From Ranitomeya imitator (lineage: Eukaryota): a stretch of DNA of 64,000 nt. Below, piece after piece: positions 1 to 12,088 of the stretch (the stretch's first letter is position 1; each line of letters starts with the position of its first letter). A program made the translations under genes and the position numbers. Under the pieces are notes generated by a model that had not been told where the DNA came from, searched no databases, and saw only the letters and a program-made list of their open reading frames with translations. The stretch spans positions 552,606,001 through 552,670,000 of the forward strand of contig NC_091284.1 in the NCBI RefSeq assembly GCF_032444005.1. Direction: 5' to 3'.

Positions 1-1025
1 GGGGTGTTGCAGGGAGAAGGCACAGGGAGGCCCCTCTCAGGCGTGGGAACCTGGCAGGTGCCTAGCGAACAGAACAGAATGTGATGGAACCGCGCCTGCA
101 CACCCTGCGGCAGTATCCTAAGAAAGAGACACGAAGGGAAGGATATTGTGGAACCGTGTAAACGAGATCAAGCACAAAGGAGAGCCAGTTAGAGTTGTGC
201 CGAGAGAGAGAAAGGCAACATCTTACTGAGGCGCGTTGTCAGTGGCTGGAACACCGTAGGAGTAACTGACTTCAGGCCTTACTTCAATCTCCGCTGGACA
301 GTCAGTCATAGGTTGGCTGTCTACCTTCTACACCTACGAAGACATAGGGGGCAACATTGGGAGAGGGGCGTCTCTAGGGTCCCGGAAGACCTCCAAGCCT
401 TCCCGTCATCGGGTGGCGTCCAAGCCATAACATACCTGGGGGACGTTAGAAACTAGTAACATCTGGAACCAAAGAATGAGAGAGAGGTGTAGAGAACGAA
501 CGAACGAGAACAGCAGTTGTGAGGACTATTCCGAATGCTCAGCAGGATAGAACTACAACACACCGGCGCTAGTGGTAGGCAACGATTTCCATCTGTGAAG
601 GAAACTCTGGATGTGCCCATCGGACCGGCCGGTCTCTGATAGCCCTGTTAAACGTACTCTGGATAGAGGATCTTGAAGCCTTCAGTAAAGAGGTAAAGAG
701 ACTGCAACCTTGTGTCCTCATTATTGACTGTACATCACACCATCACCATCCACCTTACTGGGAAGCCTTGGGGACATACTTCACCTGTGGGAAGGTATAC
801 CATCCAGCTGCCATTCCATCACCCCTGTGGACCCCATAGCAGCGTCGCTCACCCTGACCGAACACCACAGGTGGCGTCATGAACCCTTGACAGACTGCAA
901 TACTACTTTCATTGGACGCCCCTTAGCTGGGTCGCAGACCGTGTCTTGCCACCGTGACCACCTCAGAACCGAACCAGAGAGGCCCGGTACCGAAACGCGT
1001 GGCCCTGTGTCTGGGGGGATCCACA
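1..1025. mobile_element. LTR-like segment (start outside window) inserted into the tandem repeat of a hAT-type element
   Basis: Non-coding, GC-richer than its flank; ends ...GGGGGGATCCACA (CA terminus) directly before the 135-bp repeat. No second LTR or TSD in the window, so family and orientation are unresolved. Confidence 0.45.
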
Positions 1026-1595
1026 CAGATTTGCCAATATTAATCTCCCCTTTTTTATATGGCAGACTAGTGAATAAATCAGGCCCACTGTATTACAGTA
1101 TAGTTTCTGTGGCAGAAAATGACTGACAGATACCACAGACAGGACTGGCACAGATGCTCAGATTTGCCAATATTAATCTCCCCCTTTTTTATATGGGAGA
1201 CTAGTGAATAAATCAGGCCTACTATAATACAGCATAGTTTCTGTGGTCAGAAAATGACTGACAGATACCACAGGCAGGACTGGTACAGATGCACAGATTT
1301 GTCAATATTATTCTCCCTTTTTTATTATATGGGAGACTAGTGAATAAATCAGGCCCACTGTATTACAGTATAGTTTCTGTGGCAGAAAATGACTGACAGA
1401 TACCACAGACAGGACTGGCACAGATGCACAGATTAGGCAATATTAATCTCCCCTTTTTTTATATGGGAGACTAGTGAATAAATCAGGCCCACTGTATTAC
1501 AGTATAGTTTCTGTGGCAGAAAATGACTGACAGAGATACCGAAGACAGGACTGGCGCAGATGCACTGATTGGCAATATAAATCTCCCTTTTTAGG
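1026..1595. repeat. ~135-bp tandem repeat, ~4.3 copies
   Basis: Unit CAGATTTGCCAATATTAATCTCCC...ACAGGACTGGCACAGATGC recurs at about 1026, 1161, 1295, 1428 and 1564. Confidence 0.92.
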
Positions 1596-2120
1596 TGTGG
1601 GACAGTGCAGAAAAATACAGGCCCACTGTTTTACACTACACAGTTTCAGGGGCAGAAAGTGGCTTGAAGATATATATAAAAAAATGGACTGTACTACAAT
1701 TACTATCTCCCTACAATAATCTCAGAAAAGTATGGCAGGCAGCAATAAAAAAAGACTGCTGTACACAAAAGTGTGGACAAACAAACAAGATAGCTGAGCA
1801 GAAAGGAAGCAGTTGGTTTGCACAGCGGCGTACAAACAGCAATGCAGCTATCAGGGAGCCTTCTAGGGCAGCCCAATAAGCTACAGAGCTGATGAAGAAA
1901 AATCTAGCCTCCACTGTCCCTGCAAAGAAAAGGTGGTGTTGGACAGTGGAAATCGCTACAGCACAAGCGGTTTGGGGGTTAATGTACCCTGCCAAACGCT
2001 ATCCCTTCTTCTGATGAAGCGGCAGCAACCTCTCCCTAGGCTCAGATCAGCAGTAGTAAGATGGCGGTCGGCGGGAACGCCTCTTTATAGCCCCTGTGAT
2101 GCCGCAGAAAGCAAGCCAAT
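1026..2120 (-). mobile_element. Non-coding fragment of a hAT-type DNA transposon (tandem repeat plus promoter-like region)
   Basis: Tandem array next to a CpG-rich block with a minus-strand TATAAAG (~2085) and a CCAATC motif; layout resembles the other two hATs here. No terminus visible; assignment is by resemblance. Confidence 0.45.
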
Positions 2121-3690
2121 CAAGCCAAAGTGTATGGGCTGGCAAACATTTACCTCTGGGGGGTAAACATGAACGTACAGTATAACAAATTTTGTTTACT
2201 GGCATCATAAACATAGAATTTTCATCTGATGATTGGGTTCAAATATGGTCGATAAGTATGGATACAATAGTACCGAGATTCCCCTGATGGATGATCTTGA
2301 TAGTGCAATCCCTTTAGAGATCATGGTATAGACATTATTATTTGATGGGCGATTATATATGATGGGTGTCTATTGGAGACTGACATTTGTTTATGGATTT
2401 TGACCTTACAATATTTCTGTGCTTATTCTCCATGCTGCTGTATGTTTCATTATTTGAATTCTAGGGTCTGTGTATTGATGTGTTATGCAGGTGTGGCCCT
2501 TTAAGGAAAAAGGAAAAATTATATAAGATATTTCTTATTGTGAAAATCAATTGCACTATATAATATACTATTGGTTTCGACAGGTGAATAATATTAGATT
2601 AGATTGTTATCTTGTACATGGGATGTATTGTATAGGCGAGAGCGCACTGGGATATCCTTATGGGATATTGTCCTTGTTATTAGTTTTAAGGGGGTTTAGA
2701 ATAGAGATTAATCTAGTTTATTATGACTTAATTGTTATATTTAATCTTTTGAGGATTACCCGCTGTGCTCTGGCTTCTTATATTACATAACATTGTATGT
2801 ATGTATGAGCCTGGATAGGTCTGTCTCTGTATTAAACCATATGTGTTTTGTACTACTGTACAATGAGAGTTGAAGACCGTTCATTTAGTCCTAGAGGTAT
2901 AATACTAATGGGATAATGAAGGGTTAAGTTGGATAGAAAGTCACGATAGTTTATGTGGAGATTAAGGGTTATACATTATGCATAGGGCTGTCTTTTTTGG
3001 TTTGCATTTTTTGCGTACGCTGATTACATTGTAATGCTGGTTGTATACTAGGCATAGGGTTCCCTTTTGTCTGCGCTACATGCATATGTGATTATGCTGT
3101 AGAGCTGGTATCTAAATGAATGAAACATTCTGAATCCAATCAGAGTGAGATGCTGAGGCATGCGCAGTACCTAAATGACGTAAGCCGGTTTACAACTACG
3201 GTAATCAGAAGGAGACGCTTGAGTCTGCGCAGGATAGTACATACGCCGATTGACTGGAGGAAATAACTGGGAGGATCGAGAGGACAACCAAGACAAGTAT
3301 TGTTATGACGACGTAAATGTGCTGCAACGATTGGTTACAACTGTGTTGTTGTTTGATAGAGGCCGTGGACTTTTTTGGCTCTGATGATTATTATAATGTC
3401 TGGATGGATAATTGGAGGGGGCGGTTTTTCTATAAAAGAGGTACTTTGTGGACATATAATCATTTGGGGTGTTTTTAAGCTTGATATATGTGTATATTTG
3501 TAAAATTGTATTTGCTCTTTGATTTGTGGTGATTCATGAAGATGTGGTGATTATAGTATTTAAGGGGAGTTATTTTATTGTACTGTGTGCTTGTTAAAGA
3601 TCTTGTAGGATCGAAACGTCGCAACAAAAGGCAGAATAAAGAAGATGTAAATTCACCTACTTGTGGAGTGCTGTCCCTACTTTATTACTG
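2121..3690 (+). mobile_element. Penelope-like element 3' fragment (pseudo-LTR region)
   Basis: AT/GT-rich 3' region ending in a hammerhead-like motif (3590-3622) then AATAAA (3635); weak GIY-YIG C-terminus-like peptide VYGLANIYLWGVNMN at the left edge. Confidence 0.55.
3588..3623 (+). ncRNA. Minimal hammerhead-ribozyme-like motif (degenerate core)
   Basis: TGC-TTGTTAAA-GATC ttgtag GATC-GAAA-CGTC-GCA: stem I TGC/GCA, stem II GATC/GATC, GAAA, self-complementary ACGT, GTC site. First core box deviates from CUGANGA. Confidence 0.5.
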
Positions 3691-3694
3691 GAGG

Positions 3695-4202
3695 TTCTCC
3701 TGTGGGTCAATTGATCAGTCAACTACCTGTGTTACTATTCTTACATTTTTCTATCAATAGGAGTCTATAAACTGATGTTTGTGCCATCTGAGTGTGACTG
3801 GAATAAAAAAAATAAATACAAATTTGGAGGTGTTGCATGACATGTGAGGTCTCCCAGCTGAGAAGGCTTGCACTGCTCCCTTATCCATCAGGCTCTTATT
3901 AATACTTCAAATTCAAGTGGTTAATGCTGGGCCAGACCCTTATACCTCATGCATGGCCTCCTGCTGCTGTGCCATTTGCATATTTCTACTGTGGGTCAAT
4001 TGATGCCACTTTTCCTGATATCTGCCTGTAATTTTAGCGGTTTGGGAAGCTTTTTGTCTTAAGGTGTTGTCTATGTATTTGGTTTTGCCTCCTAAATCTA
4101 ACAGGGTTGAGATATGTTTGTCGAGCCGTCGGCGAACGTTTCAGAAAACTGATCTCCTTTCTGGGAATCCGAACCTAACCTTGAAAGGTTTGCTTATCTC
4201 TA
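3695..4202 (+). mobile_element. hAT-type transposon 3' end fragment
   Basis: Homologous to 16250-17161 (TGTGGGTCAATTGATCAGTC... block); ends GGTTTGCTTATCTCTA, the reverse complement of a TAGAGATRAGC-type terminus. Confidence 0.7.
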
Positions 4203-4204
4203 GT

Positions 4205-4950
4205 TATAACAGGATGAAGGACATTATTACAGGATGGAGGTGAGGTTGGAGGATATTATTACAAGATGGGGGCCAGGATGGAGAAAATTATTCCAGGATA
4301 GGAGCCAAGATGAAAGACACTAATGCATGATGGGGCACATTATTACTGGATGGAGGCCAAAATGCTGAACTTAATTAGTTTATGTTGCATTATTACTTTA
4401 TCAAGAAAAATGGGGGAGATAATTACTAAAGGGGCCAATTGGGGTATATTTCAACTATACTGGGCCAATTCTGGGGAATATTATTACTGCATTGAATCAA
4501 TGAGATTACATGATTAATAAATCGATCCAATTGGGAGAAAATATTACTGTTTTGGGACCAGAATGGTGGATACTATTATTTCACGAGGATATTAATATTT
4601 CCTGTCGCAGCTCATACTTAGTTATTTATTTATGGAGCAACAATATAGAATTTTCCATCTACATCTAGACAAAAAAGAGGTGGATGCTATTACTGTATGG
4701 GGCAGAAATGGTGTATGATACTACTGTATTTTTGCCACAGTAGATGGGGTTTTATTGTTGGATTTGACCACAAAGACAGTCACTAATACTGTATGTGGGT
4801 ATAAAGAGAGATGCTAATAGTGTATGGGTGCTATAGATAGAGACATTTCGACTCTGAGGTGGGACATAAAGGGAAACATTATTACTGTAATATATTTAAC
4901 TTTTGAGGATACTGTTGCTAAATGAGGTTAATGGTACTTTGCAGGGCACC
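4205..4950. repeat. Highly degenerate minisatellite (GG-ACATTATTAC-AGGATGG-like motif)
   Basis: Recurrent ATTATTAC / GGATGG motifs with irregular spacing. Confidence 0.5.
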
Positions 4951-5509
4951 AGGGCAGTACTATTTCACTTTTTTCATCATCTGGCACAGTGTATACGTGG
5001 GTAAAAAACTGTGGAGAATGCTGTAGAACTGATCACTCATAGACGTATGTATATTACTTTCTGCTAAATGTGTCATGGCTGGAAGAATTTGTAGCAGTCT
5101 AAAGTGGAGTGAGTGGAGAAAAATGAAAAATAATTATTTCAATTGGAGACCTAAATCCAGTCTGGTGGGATCAGATATACTGCTGTATATAGTAGGCACA
5201 GAGTACATTATTAGGACTATGGCTGCCAAAGCAATGCATATGCACCCGATCATGCTATGGGGTGCCAATGGTCAGACAGAGTGAGCAATCTCTCTTTGTT
5301 GAAGTTTATACATGTACGGTTAGTGCAAGTCATTGCATATGGCACCAGCACATGTATGGAATAACGAGGTAAATTACAATTCACCATTACGTACATATCC
5401 AGCAGGGTACCCAAAGGGGTTAATCAAATAGCGACTCACAGGCTTTACCATAGGTATGAGCCCTAAGTAAACAAAAAAACAATATTTTAAATTAATATCA
5501 GAATTTAAA

Positions 5510-5697
5510 AATATTTAGAATTGAGAGTCCTCAGTGGTTGACACCTTTTAATGGCTAACTGAAAAGATGGTAACAAATTGCAAGCTTTTACCATCTTTTC
5601 AGTTAGCCATTAAAAGGTATCAACCACTGAGGACTCTCAATTCTAAATATTTTTCTATCTACTGGCTAACACGGTACCAAGATATTTATCTTTCCTG
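5510..5697. mobile_element. Short hairpin-forming insertion, probably a Penelope-like fragment, with 14-bp TSD
   Basis: Flanked by direct repeat TATCAGAATTTAAA (5496-5509 and 5698-5711); inverted arms of ~65-68 bp around loop CAAATTGCAAGCTT. Penelope assignment is by resemblance only. Confidence 0.65.
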
Positions 5698-6714
5698 TAT
5701 CAGAATTTAAAGCTTTTGAAACAAAGTTCTTAAAATGTTTGTTATTGTCTTTATTTTTTCTGAAATGCGTGTTCTGCTTGCTAAAATTGTGTCTGATGGC
5801 CTTAGTTAGAACATCCTGCAATTATTATCTAAAAAACAACAACTTTGTAACCTTTCTTTGTGACGTGCATTAAATGAGGATGCTTGCAAACGTATGTCAA
5901 GGTATTAAAACAGCATTTTCTATAAATTAATTTTTGATATACGCTTAATGGCTTCTGTAAACACTTTGCAGTGTAAAGCCCTTGAATATCAATTAACCTT
6001 ATAGCGCACTGGAATAAGAGCCAGCATTTCAGTATATTATTACTGGTAGCGAATACTCATTTTTGCTCTTATTCCAGGATAAGTAATATTTTTGTGCACT
6101 TGTAATAAGAAAATAAACTAAATAGTATTATTACAAAGTGCTTGTTTTATATCTTAAAAATAAGCAAATAGCATATTTTTTCCCATGAAATAATCATATT
6201 CAAGTAAACTTATTGACTGGACAAGAGTATCAACTACAAACTTTCACTCATGTGTTTTATGGTTCAAGTATGGATCATGATGTACAGATCAGCGATGGGT
6301 CTTCTGACCCAAACTCATAGGGATATATAAGGTTTCTGGTCAAGAGACTCATGACCAACTTTTCATTGCAATATGTACTCAGACTGCAGTGTGCAGATGT
6401 GTGAATCCAGCTTTAGAAATCCAGAGGTTTCATAGCAGATCATCCAGTTATAGAGAATAACATCCAAATCTTCACTTAGTACTGATTACACAAGTTGCAT
6501 CATATCACAGGGAAGACAGAAAGGCAGCAAACACTTTTACTGGGTTGTTCATACAGACTGTGTATTGGTGTAAAGAGAAAACATAAGGAGAAATCACAGA
6601 TTCCTAGGCATCAATGCCAGGTTTTAGGGGTATGACCAATGAAAAAATAGAGAAGGAATCTTGAAGTTTAGTTTAACTTTTATAATTGGGGGTAATAACT
6701 AATATTTAAAAATA

Positions 6715-7140
6715 TTTATTTTCTATGTAAGATATCTTTTTTGTGCAAGCCTAGTTAGGTCTACTAGAGTATTTCATGTAAGATATCTTTTTTGTCAAGA
6801 TTTTATTTCTTTATCCATATCACAATTTGAATTGTTACATTATTATTAATGGTCTTCAGCTCCAACTCTAGCCATGGCGACATAATGGATGAACACTCTG
6901 TAGGAAGATCGATCTTGCGCAAGCCTAGATAGGTCAAGTAGAGTCTTCCATGTCAAGTTGAGTCTTCCATGAAATATATATTTTTTCATCAATAATTTAA
7001 TTTTTCATACATATCATAATTTGAATTATTATATTATTATAAATGGTCTTCAGCTCAAACTCCAAACATGACGACATCATGCATGAACGCTCTGTAGGAA
7101 GATCGATCTTGTGCAAGCCTAGATAGGTCTACTAGAGTCT
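6715..7140. repeat. ~175-195-bp tandem repeat, ~2.3 copies
   Basis: CAAGCCTAG at 6746, 6920, 7114; GGTCTTCAGCTC at 6851 and 7045. Confidence 0.8.
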
Positions 7141-7405
7141 TCTCCGCCATTATTTTGATTGTATCAAGCCATCAGGTTACTGGTCATGGTCTTCACCTTG
7201 TTCCTTCTATTCTTTCGACCATGATGTCCTTCTTCACTGATTGATTTATTCATATGATGTGTCCAAACTAGACAAGTCATATCTTGGAGATCCTTCCTTT
7301 GACTGACACATCTGGCTTGATTTGTTCCAAAATTGATTTGTTTATTCTTGCCATTCATGGTATTGATAACATTCTTCTCCAGCACTACATTGTGAAGGTA
7401 TTGAT
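7141..7405 (-). pseudogene. RTE/BovB-like LINE, 3' piece
   Basis: Minus strand reads ...INTFTM*CWRRM, matching the RTE post-RT AFEMWCWRRML motif; joins in frame to the piece at 17162 once the TSD is removed. Confidence 0.75.
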
Positions 7406-7949
7406 GAGCTTGTTTGGAAAACATTCGCCAGTCTCAAATTTGGCATGAACATAGCACATTCGGACTTGTGCTCGCTTTCACAAGCATTTTTACTCAAAGT
7501 CATCAAAATTTGGTCAAGTTTGGTAAATCATCGCTTTTCCGCTAACAGTTTGGTTATTACTTTGGCTAGGATAGTGGTGCTGAATTATGAGAGGGAGAGG
7601 GCAGGAAGACATGTTTGATGAGGGGAGGGGGTGTGCAGAGGTTAGAAGAGCGTGTGGACAGGTTAGAGGAGCAGAGTGCTCTTTTTGTTTTCCCTTGACG
7701 TTATGCGTGTTGATTCCAATCAGTGCACAGACACCAACCACAACATTATGACACAAGGTCTCCTGTGACTGGTTGCTGAAGTCACAAGTCTCTGGCCATA
7801 TAAAAAGCGGACATCTTGTTTTGCTGGCGCCATTGTCTCAGTTTCAAAGTGCAGAGAGGTCACTCCTGAGCTAGTGCTGCTGCTGCAAGTGATCTTGTCA
7901 GTTAAATAGATAGAATTGTGTCCTGTGTGAAATCAATCTTCCAGCATCA

Positions 7950-8407
7950 AAGTAGATTGTGCAAAAACTGTGTGGCAGTCTCCGTAGGCACCATTTGCTA
8001 CTCCAAATCATTTGTGCTAAAACTGTTTCAGTGGCAAATCAAAATGTCAGATTTCCACTTAAAAATTGGCCTAATATTGGGGTGCAGCCATGAGGTCCAG
8101 TTAGCTATTTCAAATCATTTGTGATAGAACTGTGTTACAGTGGCAAATCAGAAGGGCAGTTTTCAACTTATAAATAGTTAGGCCTTATGTTGGGTTACAG
8201 CCACGAGGCCCAAATAGATATTCCAAATCGTTTGTGAAAAAATTGTTTGTGATAAAACTGTGTTTCAGTGACAAATCATGAGGCCAGATTTCCCCTTCAA
8301 AATCATTATGCCTAATATTGAAGTGTAGCCTGGGTGCCGATTAGCTAACCCAAATCGTTTGCAATAAAACTGTGCTTCAGTGGCAATTTAGAAGACCAGA
8401 TTTTCAC
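7950..8407. repeat. Degenerate ~110-125-bp tandem repeat in the hAT 5' region
   Basis: AAAACTGTGT...CAGTGGCAAATC...CAGATTT motif recurs at about 8020, 8128, 8254, 8367. Confidence 0.7.
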
Positions 8408-8411
8408 TTAA

Positions 8412-8614
8412 CCCTGCTGTTCTGTTGGTCAAAAATGACCGACTTTGAACTTCAATATTCTTTAAAATATTCAAGATGCGGCTCTGAAACCCGTGGCCGA
8501 CCGACCCATCCTCATTTAAGTCAATCAACCACAAGTTTCAGAACCGCATCTTGAACACCCCAAAAAATACCAAAGTTCAAAATAGGTCTCCCCAGACCGA
8601 ACAGAACAGCAGGG
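8412..8614. mobile_element. 203-bp piggyBac-like MITE
   Basis: TTAA at 8408-8411 and 8615-8618; TIR CCCTGCTGTTCTGTT(C)GGTC at both ends; further internal inverted matches. Confidence 0.85.
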
Positions 8615-9119
8615 TTAACCCCTTCTCGACCTGTGACACAGCGTATGCATCATGAACGTTGGTGCCAATCTGACCTGTGACGCACATGCTGTGTCACAGA
8701 AGGATTGCGTTACTGCGGTCCGGTGACCGGGGTTAATGAAAGGTTACCGCAGGTGCAGGGGGACCTATACTTGATCCCAGGTTGGGTGACTTTGCCCCCC
8801 GGGGCTACGATCACTCCTGGTGACCTTTTTGTCACCCCCCAGATCTGATTGGAGCTAGCTTCCATGTGACGCTAGCCCTCAAATCAGATGTGATGGGGTG
8901 GAAAAAACAATGTCTGCCTCACTCCTCAGCGTCATTCCATCCGTGGAAGCTGAGGAGCAAGGTGCCTGACTGCTCACCTGCCCCCCAGACACCGCGATCG
9001 CCGCCGCTGCACACCTCTTCACAGCGCTGCCGCTGCCTCCTCCACTGCCACTGTCAGCACCACCGCTGCTGCTGAGGACAGGTGCCTCCCCTCTCCTGTC
9101 CTCCACTCCCCCCAACCTC

Positions 9120-11280
9120 TGCTCACTCCCCCCTGGACCCCCTAGTCACCCCCTGCTCCGGTGATTACCCCCTGCCCCCCTTTATCACCTGCTGCTGCTC
9201 TGTTTTCTCTTCTCCTACCGTCCCCTGCACCTGTCAGCCCCTCCTCCCCTGGTGATCACCCTCTTCAGTGATCACCCCTAATCACCCCCTGCCCCTCTGA
9301 TCGCCCTCTGCCCCCCTGATCACCCTCTGACACCCCTGATCACCTTCTGCCCCCTGATCACCTCCTGGTCACCCCCTTGACCCCCTTTATCACCTGCTGC
9401 CGGCTCCATTTTCTCCTCTCCTAACCACCTGTGCCTGCCAGCCCCTCCTCCCCTAGTAGTCACCCTCTACATTGATCACCCTTAATCACCCCTGACCCCC
9501 TGGTCACCCCCTGATCCCTGATCACCCCCTAACCCCCCGATCACCACCCGCCCTCTGATCACCTCCTGCACTCCTTTATTACCTGCTGTTGCCACCTGCA
9601 TTTGTTCCTCTCCTACCCCCCTGCGCCTGACAGCTCCATCCTCCCCTGTGATCACCCCCCAGTGATCACCCCAATCACCCCCGGCCCCTGGTCACCCCTT
9701 GCCCCCCTGATCACCCCTGATCACTCCCTGATTACCTGCTGCCGGCTCCATCTACAGCTAGTCCTCTGCTTCCCTCCTCCCCCCCGTGCTTGACAGCTCC
9801 ATCCTCCCCTGGGGATTACCCCCTGGCCCCCTAATCACTTCTTGCCCCTGAACACTCCTGGTCACCCCCTGATTACCTGCTGTCGGCTCCATCTACAGCT
9901 CGTCCTCTGCTTTCCTCCTCCCCCCTGCTTGACAGCTCCATCCTCCCATGGTGATCACCCCCTGGCCCCCATAATCACCCCCTGCCCCCTGATCACCCCC
10001 TGCCCCCTGATCACCCCCTGCCCCCCTGATCACCCCCTGCACTCCTTTATCACCTGCTGATGCTGCCTGCATTTGCTATTCTCCTACCCCCCTGCGCCAG
10101 ACAGCTCCATCCTCCCCTGGTGATCACCCCCCAGTGATCACCCCAATCACCCCCGGCCCCCTGGTCACCCTCTGCCCCCTTGATCACACCTGATCACCCC
10201 CTGATTACCTGCTGCTGGCTCCATCTACAGCTCTTCCTCTGCTCCCCTTCTCCCCCCATGCTTGACAGCTCGATCCTCCCCTTGGGATCATCCCCTCTGC
10301 CCTCCTGATCACCGCCTGCCCCCCTGATCACCCCCTGCTCTCTGATCACCCCCTGATCACCTGCTTCTGCTGGCTCCATCTGAAGCTGGTACTCTGCTCC
10401 TCTTCTGCCCCCCCCTGCGCCTGAGAGCCCCTGCTCCCCTGGTGATTACCCTCTTCAGTGATCACCCTTAATCACCCCCTGCCCCCCCTGATCACCCCCT
10501 GTCCTCCTGATCACCCCCCTGCCCCCCTTTATCACCTGCTGCTGGCGGCTCCATTTTCTCCTCTCTTACCCCCCTGCGCCTGTCAGCCCCTCCTCTCCTG
10601 GTGATCACCCTCTCCAGTGATCACCCCTAATCACCCCCGGCCCCCCTTGTCACCCCCTGCCCCCTGATCACCCCCTGCCCCCTGATCACCCCCTCATTAC
10701 CTGTCGCTGGCTCCATCTACAGCTTATCCTCTGCTCCCCTCCTGCCCCCATGCCTGAAAGCTCCATCCTCCCCTGGTGATCACCCCCCAGCCCCCCTGAT
10801 CACCCCCTGCCCCCCAATCTCTAATCACCTCCGGCACTCCTTTATCACCTGCTGCCGCCTCAATTTGCTCCTCTCCTACCCCCCCTGCGCCTGACAGCTC
10901 CATCCTCCCCTGGTGATCACCCCCCCAGTGATCACCCCAATGACCCCGGGCCCCCTGGTCACCCCCTGCCCCCCTGATCACCCCTGATCACCCCCTGATT
11001 ACCTGCTGCCGGCTCAATCTACAACTCGTCCTCTCCTCTGCTCCCCTCCTGCCACCCCGTGCCTGACAGCTCCATGTCCCCCTGGTGATGTGATCACCCC
11101 CTGGCCCCCCTAATCAACCCCTGCCCCCCCGATCACCCCCTGAACCCCTGATAACCCCCTGCCCCCCCGATCACCCCCTGCTCTCTGATCACCCCCTGCA
11201 CTCCTTTATCACCTGCGGCTGCCAGCTCCATTTGCTCCTCTCCTACCCCACCTGCGCCTGACAGCTCCATCCTGTCACCA
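9120..11280. repeat. C-rich hierarchical minisatellite (CCCCCTGATCAC subunits within ~140-210-bp units)
   Basis: Dozens of TGATCACCCC motifs; about 13 unit heads of type TTTATCACCTGCTG or GATTACCTGCTG. Confidence 0.9.
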
Positions 11281-11324
11281 CACCACACACACACCAACCT
11301 GAGACGTACACTATATGACACCAC

Positions 11325-12088
11325 TAGTGTTGAGCATTCCGATACCGCAAGTATCGGGTATCAGCCGATACTTGCGGTATCGGAATTCCGATACCGAGAT
11401 CCGATACTTTTGTGGTATCGGGTATCGGTATCGGATCAATAGGGATGTGTAAAATAAAGAATTAAAATAAAAAATATTGATATGCTCACCTCTCCGGCGG
11501 CCCCTGGACATCACGCTGGTAACCGGCCGGCTTCTTTGTTTAAAATGAGCGCGTTTAGGACCTGCGAATGACGTCGCGGCTTCTGATTGGTCGCGTGCCG
11601 CTCATGTGACCGCCACGCGACCAATCAGAAGCCGCGACGTCATTCTCATTCACTAAACTCCTAATTCTAGGAATTAAGGACCTGCGAATGACGTCACGGC
11701 TTCTGATTGGTCGCGTGGCGGTCACATGAGCGGCACGCGACCAATCAGAAGCTGCGACGTCATTCGCAGGTCCTAAACGCGCTCATTTTAAACAAAGAAG
11801 CCGGCCGGTTACCAGCGTGATGTCCAGGGGCCGCCGGAGAGGTGAGCATATCAATATTTTTTATTTTAATTTTTTATTTTACACCTCACTATGGATCCCA
11901 GGGCCTGAAGGAGAGTTTCCTCTCCTTCAGACCCTGGGAACCATCAGGATACATTCCGATACTTGATGTCCCATTGACTTGTATTGGTATTGGATATCGG
12001 TATCGGCGATATCCGATATTTTTCGGGTATCGGCCGATACTATCCGATACCGATACTTTCAAGTATCGGACGGTATCGCTCAACACTA
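11325..12088. mobile_element. 764-bp hAT-type MITE with a large internal palindrome
   Basis: Perfect 8-bp TSD GACACCAC (11317-11324, 12089-12096); TIR TAGTGTTGAGC; subterminal GATACC/GGTATC repeats; palindrome 11447-11884. Confidence 0.92.
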
